From contig OX597827.1 of NCBI GenBank assembly GCA_951406725.2, forward strand, positions 36,456,001 to 36,520,000: a DNA stretch of 64,000 nt. Reading direction: 5' to 3'. This stretch comes from Octopus vulgaris. Its lineage: Eukaryota. The translations under genes and the position numbers were made by a program. Under the pieces are notes generated by a model. It saw only the letters and a program-made list of their open reading frames with translations. It was not told where the DNA came from and searched no databases. How positions within the stretch are numbered: position 1 is the stretch's first letter; each line of letters opens with the position of its first letter. This document shows, in pieces, positions 13,990-26,099 of this stretch.

Positions 13990-14740
13990 CAGGTAGTCTC
14001 TCTGAAAAATTTTCAGGTCAAGGTTTATGAATAAATTCCAAAAGTCCCTAGCCTGGCATCGCTTTAGTGGGCAATGCTTCAGTAGGTATGACTGTATTGG
14101 AACCGTCAGGAGTTGAACCTGTCCGAAATTCGCGTAGGGTGTCTCGGTATGTATTCCTTACATGTTGTGCATTGCGGATTGTGGATTTTTGTGGAACAGC
14201 TATTATCACTTGCGGGACGTATCTGGCTATCGAGAAGATTTGCCCTATTGCCTTTCTTTGGCAAGAAAGGTCAGGTAAACCTTCTTTGTTTAGTGGTCAT
14301 AATGAAAGAAAGAGGTTGAAAGATCTGAGGACAGAGCTTTTCATGTCAGGAAAAGTCCTCATCAACTTCTTTAAGTATTACTTGAAGGAAGGCCAGGAAA
14401 GTAATGATAGAGAGGGAAGTGTTACTCTTCAGAAAATTTTATGAAATGTGGGTGAGTGTGAAGAAAATAATGTACCAAAGACAGTTTGGCCAAATGCGTA
14501 GGAAAAGGGTATTTGGTAACGTGAAGTTTATGTGTGTGGTGTCCTGAATCAGCCTATATGGTTATTTCCCATTTGGGAATCCGTTTTTGTATCATTATTG
14601 CTATGGTTATCTTTTAATGTGACGTGTCTTGCTAACTTACACTACTACACAAAGTAAATCCCACAGTATTTCTTGTTTGTTGCGCTGGTATGATGCATGT
14701 GTACTGTCCTTAATTATTCAGGTATTTGCGAATAAATAAT
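13990..14740 (+). mobile_element. Tx1/L1-like LINE 3' end
   Basis: Degraded C-terminal region (...GKVLINFFKYYLK), with AATAAA near 14731. Confidence 0.45.
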
Positions 14741-14999
14741 TGATTAAGGCACACTGAGTAGCGAAGATTAAATTAAAGCTGTGTTCATTTATATTTAGCA
14801 TGTTTTTATACACTCAAACATTGAAATACCTTCGCTGCAGTAACAGTCTTGGAAGAGAATGTGTGCGTGAGACCATACCAAGCTTGGCTATGGATGACGT
14901 CATCAGGCAGTAGGACACTTGTTTGCGTGTGGTTATGCTTCGTCATTTATAGACAATGGTGGGACAACGGAGTGACAACAGACAAAAAGAAAAATATTA

Positions 15000-15131
<132 letters not shown>

Positions 15132-15295
15132 TTCTATGTTTGACTTTTGCTTTATGTCTGTACAAGTTGGCTCCAAGTCTCACCCAGAGACCTCAAGAGA
15201 CAACAGGTTGGACGTTCACGTTGTTGTTATGCCTAGTGTGCCATATATTTGGTTTTTTTTTGGTGTTGTACTAGTGAATGTCTAATACATAAAAA

Positions 15296-15337
<42 letters not shown>

Positions 15338-15509
15338 GACGCATAGCCTAGTGTTGCACTCACGATCACGAGGTCAGGGTTTCAACTCCTAGACCAGGTG
15401 GTGCGTTGTGGTCTTGAGCAAAGCACTTCATCTCACGTTGCTCTGCGATCACTTTGACACCTGACGCGTGATACACCGTGCACCTGTTCGGACAACGTCG
15501 ATTTGATGG

Positions 15510-15604
<95 letters not shown>

Positions 15605-15616
15605 CATTATTATTAT

Positions 15617-17520
15617 TCAGTAGTTTTATTTTTATAGCGTGCTTTCACTTCACTACCGAGCACAGCTCTGTGTGCCTTGGGTATGTGCTGTGATTTGTTG
15701 TGATGCTCTGATGGTTATTGTATGGAAAGTGTTCTGCGTAGGATGTGTGCAGTGCCTAGTAGTGCAATTTTCTGTATGTTATATGTGTTTGTAAGTCCTG
15801 GTGTTTTTGTTATGTATTTGTCTAAATATTTTTTTATCATGCCTAATGCACCTACTATGATAGGAATTGTTTCTGTTTTCAGATTCCACATTCTAGTTAC
15901 CTCTATTTCCAGGTCTTTGTATTTTGAGAGTTTCTCCATTTCTTTTAGAGACACGTTGTCATCAGCCGGTATTGATACATCAATTAGAAAGCATTTTTTT
16001 CTTCATGATCTCTGACAACTATATCTGGTCTGTTGGCCTTAATTTCTCTATCTGTGTGTATCGGCATATCCCAGAGTATGGTTGCTTTCTCGTTTTCTGT
16101 GACCTTTTCTGGTGTGTGCCTATACCATCTTTTTTCTGTTGTTATTCCATAATGTTGGCATAGCTTCCAATGTATGTAGGTTCCAACTCTGTCATGTCTG
16201 TGAATATATTCCTTCTTAGCCAAGACTGGGCAGCTAGAGATAATATGATTTATTGTTTCTTGTCCATCTCCACATATTCTGCAGTTACTTGTAATATTTC
16301 TTTTCATTACATGTTTTTGGTAATTTCTGGTGGGGAGGCTTTGGTCTTGTGCTGCAATTAAAAATCTCTCTGTTTCTGCTTTGAGTCCTGAGCTTCTCAA
16401 CCATTGCTGGGATTTTTCTTTGTCTATTTCTTTTGCGTTTAGTTTAGTCCAGTATTTATCATGAAGGGGCTTTTCTTGCCATCGTTTTATCATGGTTCGT
16501 TGCTGTTCTATTTTTAGTTTGGATTTCATTTGTTTTATAGCTTTTGTTGTTTCTTCATCTTCATCTTCTTCTTCTTCTTCATATTTATTAGGTGGTATGA
16601 TTTCTTGTTTGTATTTGTCAGCTTCCTTAAATACTGAGAACAGTTTTTTGTTTTGCTCGTGTTTTGCCGCTATCTGGATCAGTTTTCCTTCCTTCTGAAG
16701 TAGATATTTTTGCAGTCCTATGGTGGTTATTTTATAGTAGTTTTCCAGCTGTATAAGGCCTCTACCACCTTCTATACGTTGTATATATAGTCTTTCTATG
16801 TCAGATTTTGGGTGATGCATCCTAGATCCTGTCATTATTTTTCTTGTTTTCCTATCTATTTTGGTCAGTTCATTTCGTGTCCAGTTAAGGATATTGTAGC
16901 TGTAACTTATAACTGGGACAGCTAAAGTGTTGATACCTATTATCTTGTTTTTAGCATTGAGCTCTGTGTTTAGTATTGATCTAACTCGTCTATAATATTC
17001 TTTTTTTATTTTCTCTTTCATTTGTGTGTGTTGTGTCTTATCTAGTTCATGGATTCCTAAGTATTTGTAAGTTTGGCTTTGGTCTAATTCTTTTATGTCA
17101 TTGGTTTTATCTAGTGTGATGTTGTTACTCTTAACTAGTTTTCCTCTTTTCAGGGTTACTTTGGCGCATTTTTCTAATCCAAATTTCATATCTATTTCTT
17201 TGGTAAATCCATGAACTGTCTTTAATAGTGTTTCCAGCTGTTTGTCATTTGCAGCGTATAGTTTTAGGTCATCCATATATAAAAGGTGGCTGATCGTTTT
17301 GCCGTAACATTTATATCCGCATCCAGTTCTATTTAGCATATCAGATAGAGGTGACAGTGCCAAGCAGAAAAGGAGTGGAGAGAGCGTGTCTCCCTGGAAT
17401 ATTCCTCTTCTAATGGGGATGTCTTTGGTTTTCATGAGTCCCTCTTTTGTTTGGAGTGCTCTATGAATTTTATGATTGTTGGTGCTACTTTGTTAATGGC
17501 TAGTGTTTCGAGGATCCATG
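15617..17520 (-). mobile_element. R4/Dong-clade non-LTR retrotransposon, 5'-truncated and young
   Basis: 483-aa ORF with RT motifs RGIFQGDTLSPLLF and HLLYMDDLK, CRIC..HIISSC zinc knuckle, RHD, RPDIVV restriction-like endonuclease, and one frameshift near 15990. (TAA)n on both flanks, the known Dong target. Confidence 0.95.
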
Positions 17521-17522
17521 TA

Positions 17523-17587
<65 letters not shown>

Positions 17588-18068
17588 GATTGAGTGAGTG
17601 AGAGAGCTGCGCATGCCATCGAAGTGATACTGGCGTGAAATTATACGAAGCCCAATATACCCATCATGACTACCCGTTTGATAAGGGTACATCGGGCACA
17701 TGCATTACGACCACATGTGCGCGGCGTGGTAAACTTATATAAAGATAAACAGCGCATAACCTTGCACGCAGGGCTCAGTTAGAATTATTTTTTTCAGGTT
17801 GAGTAGCATATCCCGCTCAAAAAAAAAAAAAAATTCCCTGAATAAAGTTTGTTTAAGGAAGATGAACGAAACATCTATGTTTCTAGAGGTGAATTATTCA
17901 AACCTCAAAGAATTCCACATGGCTATGATGCTCCCCTACTATCTCTGCTCGTGATCAGAGATGCACATATCGTCAACCACCTAGGGGCATGCTCAAATGG
18001 TTATGGTCAAACGACTGACAAGCAAATTTGTGGTATTGAGCAGAATATTTGCTACAGCCCATCTTTTA

Positions 18069-18144
<76 letters not shown>

Positions 18145-18456
18145 CGAACGTGGTTGGTGTTCTTTAAAGAGTTGCTGATGATTCATACTTTTCCCTCAAT
18201 GGTAGTAGTAGAAAACAAGAGATAACGAGAAAGTAGCTCGGTGAACAAATGTCAAATGTATTATACTGAAATGTCCGCCAAAGCAACGAGAAACAAATAT
18301 TAATTAAACGTCAATGTCATGTGTGACCTAAAATGGCCAAAGGTGCTGCGAAGGTCAAGGCAATCCCCACTGATTTTATGATACTTATACATCTGGAATA
18401 ATCTTTTGACAGAACGGTAGGAGTTGAGTTCTAACATCCGAAAGTGAGTCCCAATT

Positions 18457-18534
<78 letters not shown>

Positions 18535-18537
18535 GTA

Positions 18538-18669
18538 GCTGTGTAGTAAGAAGCTTGCTTTCCAACCACATGGCCCCAGGTTCAGTCCCACTGCATGGCA
18601 CCTTCGGCAAGCGTCTTCTGCTATAGCCTCAAGCCGACCTTTGTGAGTGGAAACTGAAAGAAGCCTGTC

Positions 18670-18740
<71 letters not shown>

Positions 18741-18975
18741 TATATATATGTGTGTGTGTGTGTATTTGTGTTTTAGTGTTTGTTCCCCCACCATCGCTTG
18801 ACAACCAATACTGGTTTGTTTACGTCCCCGTAACAAATCGGTTCGGCAACAGAGACATGGAATAATTATTAGGCTTACAAAGAATAAGCCATGAGGGCGA
18901 TTTTTTCGATTAAAGGTGGTGCTCCAGCATGGCTGCAGTCAAATGACTGAAACAAGTAAAAGAATAAAAGAAACA
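18538..18975 (+). mobile_element. SINE with internal microsatellite
   Basis: tRNA-like head gctgtgtagtaagaagcttgc. The 3' body matches 40180-40378. Confidence 0.75.
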
Positions 18976-19534
18976 AAGAATATGTATGTATGTGTGTATG
19001 TGTGTGTGTGTATGTGTGTGTGTGTGTGTGTAACTGAATATGCGATCATGAGTTTTACATAACAGTACAGATAGTCCAGTATTTCTTGTTTGAAATATAC
19101 GTATGCTTCAACACTCACAACTCAGAGTTCCTTGTCATAGAACATTTTCGTTCCGTTTATACTGTCCAGGTTCCCAAAGGCATGAATATATTCTACCCCT
19201 TTTGGTCTTCTATCTGAATGCTTTGTCTGCTGAAGACAAGACAAAATATTTAATGTAGAAACACATGTCCACAGCTGTCCACATGTCTCACACAACCAGA
19301 TTAATTTGTTTGTGAATGGCAGGTAAGTTTTAAGGGAATTTTTAAATTTTTAGATTATTTACTCTCATCTGGAGTTGATACCAACTGTCACCAAGGAATT
19401 AGGCTACCCTCCCTGGAAACGGAAATTTCAATAAATCAAGAAACTGCGTTGCATTTTATTTAATTTATACTTATTCATCTTTGCTGTTCAGATACAAACC
19501 ACTGACCACTTTGAATTATTTCTCTTAGTTTATT

Positions 19535-19540
19535 TTTATT
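19535..19540 (-). promoter_or_regulatory. Candidate Hhex polyadenylation signal (AATAAA on minus strand)
   Basis: First canonical AATAAA I could find by eye downstream of the Hhex stop, about 1.5 kb away. Not verified. Confidence 0.3.
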
Positions 19541-20221
19541 CCATGTATGTATGTATGTATGTATGTAAGTATGTATGTATGTATGTATGTATGTATGTAT
19601 GTATGTATGTATGTATGTATGTATGTATGTATGTATGTATGTATGTATGTATGTATGTATGTATGTATATGTATGTATGTATGTATATATGTGTGTATGT
19701 ATGTATGTATGTATGTATGTATGTATGTATGTATGTATGTATGTATGTATGTATGTATTTACGCTCTTATGTTAGGTCACTCTTAGTACTACTGGTAACT
19801 TGTCGCATGATCGGGCCATCGGCAACTAAACCTCCAGCCCTATCAAACCTGTTTGGCAATGAGGGTGGTTTTCGTTGGACACTCTGTAGGATGAAAACCA
19901 ACGCCTGTTAAAGGATGGGCAAACTCAAAAAAGCCAACGGCCATCCAGCAGCTGAGAGTTGGAGACCGCTAGTCTTTTTTTAGACTTCTCTTTAGGAGAA
20001 GTAAATTCCGAAATAACAACCACTTCGTCAAGAAGTCATAGGTTTTGCTTTTGCTTGTTACTCTACTTCTTGGTTTTATAAGTGAGAGTCACAGTGGTGT
20101 TATGCAAGGTGCCATTGACTTTAGATTTCAGCACCAGCATTACTGATAACCATTGTCTTTAACATCTAGGATAAGGTAATTTATCAGTAATGGTCATACT
20201 CGTATGTTTGTATGTATGTAT

Positions 20222-20610
20222 AGGAAGGGTCTTCCTATGATGCTGACGTGCAGTGTCTGTGCAAGACCCTGCCTCAGTAAAGCTGGACTCAAGAGTCATC
20301 TTCGTAGTCATAAAGCGAGACAGATGAGTGACAACCTGGTCACTGGTGGTGGTGTAACACACCATACTAATCATATCTGTCGGGCATGTGGAAGAGAGTG
20401 TAATTCGGCAGGAGGACTTAAACGACATGCAAAGGTACATGAAGCCCAGTTACAACTACAGGCGGCTATTACCGGTAAAGGTTTTAGTTGCCAATTCTGT
20501 ACAAGACATTGTAGATCTTTAGCTGGACTAAAAAGTCACATTCGATCACAGCGCCAGTAACAGTTAAACTTCGTGCAATGGCCATACTCGATAACGAGGG
20601 GGCATCCATA
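20222..20610 (+). mobile_element. RTE-type LINE 3' end encoding three tandem C2H2-like zinc fingers
   Basis: Open frame with CxxCxRxCxSxAGLKSHxRxH-type motif three times (third ends SQ). Short 3'UTR, then (ATGT)n tail. The motif matches the C-terminal zinc finger of RTE-clade ORFs. Confidence 0.6.
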
Positions 20611-21020
20611 ATGTATGTATGTATGTATGTATGTATGTATGTATGTATGTATGTATGTATGTATGTATGTATGTATGTATGTATGTATGTATGTATGGAT
20701 GGATGGATGGATGTATGGATGGATCATTATGAAACCGTAATTAAACTTGGATATAGCGTTTCTTTCAAGTAACAACTATATATGTATTTGTATACGTGTG
20801 TGTGTTCGTATATTTGACATTTTGTATGTATGCATCTTTGTGTGCATATGTGTAGGCATAAATGCATAAATGCATTGATATATAAACATGCATATGTATA
20901 TATGTATGTGTATGCATGTATGTATGTGTTGTTATATATTTGTGTGTGCATATGCATAAGCATTCACGTATGTATATGTGTGTATGTGTGTGTACGCGCA
21001 CGCGCGCGTAAAAGTTTTCA

Positions 21021-21158
21021 TTAGTCATTCATTTCTTTGCCCACATCAATTTCGTTCATGGAAGAAACTTTATTTTCATCATTATCACCAACATTCTCAT
21101 CCTCCTCTTCATCATCAGGTCCATGTACGCCGTCAATGTCATCATCATCATCCTCATC

Positions 21159-21189
<31 letters not shown>

Positions 21190-21299
21190 CCATCACCATC
21201 ATCATCATCATCATCATCACTGTATCTTTTCCTATTGGATCTCTCAAGGTATGCTGAATGTTCGTTTTGTTTCGTATTCCTCTCAGACGGTGGTGTCTC
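21021..21299 (-). CDS. HHEX: Hhex terminal coding exon, acidic C-terminal domain
   Basis: Acceptor ttttgcattctaacaccag|GAG, phase 0, open for 92 codons to TAA: ETPPSERNTKQNEHSAYLERSNRKRYS(D/G-rich run)IDGVHGPDDEEEDENVGDNDENKVSSMNEIDVGKEMND*. The acidic tail and EIDV resemble human EVDIE. Confidence 0.85.
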
Positions 21300-21419
21300 C
21301 TGGTGTTAGAATGCAAAAATAACATATAATTACAAATATATGCATTTATAGAACATACATATATACATACATACATACATACATACATACATACATACAT
21401 ACATACATACATACATACA

Positions 21420-21451
<32 letters not shown>

Positions 21452-21764
21452 GGTACACCCACCCACATACACACACGTCACAGAATCTCCCAAAACTTGA
21501 AATCTAATAAGATAATCTATGGATTAAATCAGCCGATATCAATACAGGTAATCACCATATCTACCTTTTTTTGCCGAAACGTTAAGTTATGGGGGCGTAA
21601 ACAAACTAGCAGCACTTGACAAGTGCTGTGTGTTGGACCAACACAAAGAGAAACATGTATGGATCTAAATACATATATACGACGGGCTTCTTACAGTTTT
21701 TGTCTACCAGATCTACAACGATTTCGACAGTTGGAAGTTATATTAGAAGATACTTGTCCAAGGT

Positions 21765-22865
21765 GCCAATAGACAAGAAAACAAGAAAAATAATGACAGG
21801 ATGCACCACCCAAAATCTAACATAGAGAGGTTATATATATGATGTCTAGAAAACTATAACAAAATAACCACTATAGGCCTACAGAAATACTTCAGAAGCA
21901 AAGAAAACTATTTAAAATAGCCACAAAACACGAACAAAACAAAAAAAACTGTTTTCAGTTTTTAAAGAAGCTGAAAAATATAAAAAAGAAGTCATAGGAG
22001 CTAACAACTATGAAAAAAAATAGGAAACAACAAAAGCTGTAAAACAACTGAAATCCAAACTAAAACTGGAACAGCAACGGATCATGATAAAACGGTGGCA
22101 AGAAAATACCTCCATGGCAAATACCAGGTTAAATTAAATAGAAAAGAAATAGACAAAGCAAAGTATCAATAATGGCTGAGGAGCTCAGGATTCAAAGCAG
22201 GGACTGAAGGATTTTTATTAGCAGCACAAGATCAAAGCCTTCTCACCGAAAATTATCAAAAACATGCAATGAAAAGAAATGTAACAAGTAACTGCAGAAT
22301 ATGTGGATATGGAGAAGAAACGATAAATTATACTGTCTCTGGACGCTCAGTCCTGGCTAAGAAGAAATATATTCACAAACACGACAACGTTGAGACCTAT
22401 ATATACTGGAAGCTATGCCAATACTATGGAATACAACAGGAAGAAAAGGTTACAGGAAATGAGCAATACACACAATATATATAGCAATACACACAATAGG
22501 CTGGATATAGTTGTCAGATATCACAGAAAAATGCTTTCTGATCAATGTATCAATACCCACAGATGACAATGTTTCTCTAAAAGAAACGGAGAAGTACGAA
22601 GACCTGGATATAGAGGTAACTCGAATGTGGAGTCTAAAAACAGAAACAATTCCTATCTTGGTAGGCGAATTAGGTATGATAAAAAAAATATTTAGATAAA
22701 TGCCTAACAAAAACAGCAGGATTAACAAGTATATATAACACGTCCTACGTAAAACACATCCTACGCACACATCTTACGTAAAACACTTTCAATACAGTAA
22801 AAATAAGAGCATCACAACAAACCACAGGACATAGCCAAGGCACACAGAGCTGCGCTCGGTAGTGC
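21765..22865 (+). mobile_element. R4/Dong-like LINE 3' fragment in Hhex intron 3
   Basis: Same family as 15617-17520 (KRNVTSNCRICG, EVTRMWSLKTETIP), opposite orientation, more decayed. Confidence 0.9.
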
Positions 22866-22939
22866 AGTTTGAATCCCAAACCGGGCGTTGCGTTGTGTTC
22901 TTGAGCAAAGCACTTCATTTCACGTTGTCCTGTGAAAAA

Positions 22940-23085
22940 TATCCCGTCGTTCATAGGCAAGGATGTATTTCCCTCAAGAAGCCCCGATCTCAACCCGTTG
23001 GATTTTTCTGTATTGGCCCATTTTGGAGACGATGATCTCGCGCACTCCTCATGCTTCGCTCGATGCTCTGAAGGCAAAACTGCAC
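22940..23085 (+). mobile_element. Tc1/maT transposase fragment
   Basis: PSRSPDLNPLDF motif. Confidence 0.6.
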
Positions 23086-23174
23086 CAGATCATTTCGACA
23101 TCTGACATGTGGCACCCGTTGCACCTCTGGATTTTTCTGTTTTGGTCCGTTTGTGGGACACGTTGCACCTCTGG

Positions 23175-23390
23175 TCGGAAGATGTGTCAGGTACTGAAAT
23201 TAATTGGAGGCTTTTAGCATAATACGGAGAGAGAGTGAGTACACTACCGCGTAGAAGTGTGTTTGAGTGAATCAAGAAGTTTAAAGATGACTGGACAAGC
23301 GTGACATATGAAGAGGGAACAGGACGCCAGTCAGCCTCCACCACTGATGAGAAGATTCAGCAAATTCGAGAGATGCCAATGGTGAACCGG
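23175..23390 (+). mobile_element. Mariner transposase N-terminal fragment
   Basis: ..IKKFKDDWTSVTYEEGTGRQSASTTDEKIQQIRE, an HTH region with a GRP-like linker. Confidence 0.6.
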
Positions 23391-23716
23391 TACACCATTA
23401 CCAGCTCTCGGATCATTGCTTTTTGTTATTCTTTGATATACATTGCTAGTGGAGCGGCCATGCTTACACTGTAAAGCCAGAAAGAAAAATGGCGCGATCA
23501 GGTTCAAACTTGGATCACCTGACCATAATAATACCAACAATAGGCACGCATAATGCTTCAGTGCTCATATGGCCCCAGACTCTAGTCCTTCCTATATGGC
23601 CCACGCGACTCAAGGGCTACTATTTGAAAATGTTTAAGTTCACGTGAATTTTAATACGTGACCTTGTAGCTCTTCTAATTTGAACTCCTTGACCACTACG
23701 TCTGGCGTCACCGAGA

Positions 23717-23764
<48 letters not shown>

Positions 23765-23873
23765 AACCAGTGGTTACATAATACCAAAGAGTTATTAAAG
23801 GTTGTCATCAAGGACACATACACTTACTCGCATATATAGATAGACTGACAGAGAAAGGCTTTATTTAACATAC

Positions 23874-23924
23874 CTGCTTTAAACGTCTCCACTTCGCTCT
23901 TCTGTTCTGAAACCATGTCTTCAC
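23874..23924 (-). CDS. HHEX: Hhex 51-bp exon encoding homeodomain helix 3 (VKTWFQNRRAKWRRLKQ)
   Basis: Minus strand reads tattttgtttgtttag|GTGAAGACATGGTTTCAGAACAGAAGAGCGAAGTGGAGACGTTTAAAGCAG|gtatgt. Same peptide and size as human HHEX exon 3. Too short for the ORF track. Confidence 0.97.
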
Positions 23925-24091
23925 CTAAACAAACAAAATAGTCTAAATGAATAAAAGAGAAATGTTTGGAATTTCTTAAGGAAGTTTTCAAGACTTCAGA
24001 TGTTGGAAAGGCCGGAGAATAGAAACGGAACCTGTGAACGTAATCTTCCCATGTCGGGAGATTATTTGCTTTTGTAAAGCATTATTAAAAA

Positions 24092-24569
24092 CTAGTGGGA
24101 CCCGTGAATATCTCACAGAATTAATGGTAAACTTATTGGGTTATTTTTGAAAACTTTATCCAAAAAACCTGAAAGCATAGCCTGTGTTGTGTCTGTATGG
24201 AAAGATAGTCGCTCATCTGCTACTCATTGAAAAGTGAAAACATTGGAATACACTTTATCTATACACTTTATATACTTGATGCATAAATTTATAGACTTTT
24301 TACGCAACACTCATAAAATAAATATTCACTCATATTTTTCCATTTTTCACATAAACAAACAAACAAAAATGTCCCGTACATATGATACAACCTTTAGTTA
24401 AATTGCATATGTCTACAACGGAAATAAGCGTGAATATTTCACGGAATTGCATTTATGCGCATGCGTTAAGGTGATGTAAAAAATTAGTCGAATTAAAAAA
24501 ATACACTTTTCAATATCAAATCGCCACCACTACATCCACGACGACGACGACGACGACGACCACCACGAT

Positions 24570-24614
<45 letters not shown>

Positions 24615-24763
24615 CATCTCCCTTTTCCCCTCTCTCCTTCTCTTTCTCTTTCTCTCTCTCTTTCCCTCTTCACTTTCTATCCCTCTTCTCTCTCTCCCTC
24701 TTTCTGTCTAACTCTTCGCCTTATCCTCTTTATTTCTCTTTTCTTTCAACTTATAAATATAGA
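24092..24763 (-). mobile_element. Probable non-autonomous Helitron about 170 bp from the exon 3 acceptor
   Basis: Minus-strand 3' end tgtgagatattcacgggtccca-CTAG|T, and 5' end TCtatatttataag. The 5' flank is not the canonical A. Confidence 0.5.
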
Positions 24764-24769
24764 GCAGGT

Positions 24770-24905
24770 ATTGGACAAGAAGATCTGCTGTTATGAGCTC
24801 ACACAAGCTTATAAAGCCATGAATCTGGAGAGAAATCGCCTTATCCTGCGTCAGATTGTTGAAGGGACGCTGCCCAACTTGGTGTTCACAGATGAAAAGA
24901 AATTT
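24770..24905 (+). mobile_element. maT/DD37D-like transposase fragment
   Basis: GTLPNLVFTDEKKF. Confidence 0.55.
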
Positions 24906-25384
24906 GATAGCCACTGGAAGGTTTCGTCTTGTTTTTGTGTAATTATAATTACTATGATAATAATTTTTTCTTACATATTTGTATTCTCCTTTGAAACGCG
25001 CGTATGTATTGAATCCTATTTTGTATTAGATGTAATTTTGATTCAACATCTTTTTCTCCTCCATTTTTCTATAATAGTTTATAGTATATTTATACCTATA
25101 ACGATATTTTTCAACTACACACACATAAACACACACACATTTATATATATTCTCTTTTATTTATTGTTGTCATGTGGCATTTGCCATCCTGGGTCATTAC
25201 CTTGAAGGGTTTAGTCGAACAGTATGTTTTTTAAAAATCTAGTACTTACTCTACCGCTCTTTTTAGCCGATCAGCTAAGTTACGGGAATGTAAACAAACC
25301 AGCACCCGTCGTTAAATAGTGGTGGTGGGGATGGTAAACACAAACACAAAGAGACACACATAGATACGCAACCTCTACCCCCAC

Positions 25385-25436
<52 letters not shown>

Positions 25437-25439
<3 letters not shown>

Positions 25440-26060
25440 GATGTTTGATCAATAAATATCGGCCTGCTGACATAGTAACGAAGCTAAAGCACACAGAGTG
25501 AAGCCGCTTGACAAAGACTAACCTTGAACCTTTGCTGTGCATGTGCACAAAGTCTAAACGTTCTAGCTTACTTCCGCTGTTTACAGCAATGCTTGGGAGG
25601 AAGGTGTGTAGCGTGTGATTGTGGCATTGACCATGACAATAAAAGTTGTCATGGCGATACGTGCTCAGAGGCCTATGCAAAGTTGGAGAAGGTGTATGGA
25701 GCGGAGTGTATATGCCACACACAAGTGTACAAGTGGTTCAGACGTTTCCAAGATGGCCGGAAAATGTCGATAGTGAGAAAAACATCGCAGATGTGCGTGC
25801 AGCTGTGAGAGGAAATCGTCAAATCACCATCTGTGAGTTATCAGAGGTTGTGCAGATTAGTTACGGTTCAGTTCAGTTCATTATCACTGAAGCTTTTGGT
25901 GTTAGACGCGTGTCTGCCAAGTTTGTGCCAAAACTACTTTCAGTTGACCAAAAAAGACACCCAGGCTTCAGTTGCACAAGATCTCCTTGATTGTGTCAAG
26001 AACAATGAAAACTTTTTGAAAACTTTGAATGGGTTTCTGAGTAGGTATCGCCAAGCTTTT
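25437..26060 (+). mobile_element. Mariner element, 5' part
   Basis: TACGA.. terminus, VYGAECICHTQVYKWFRRFQDGR, RRVSAKFVP (WVPHEL-equivalent). Confidence 0.8.
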
Positions 26061-26099
26061 GGCAAAATTTGTCGCAGATTCTCTAACATGGTCAATACG

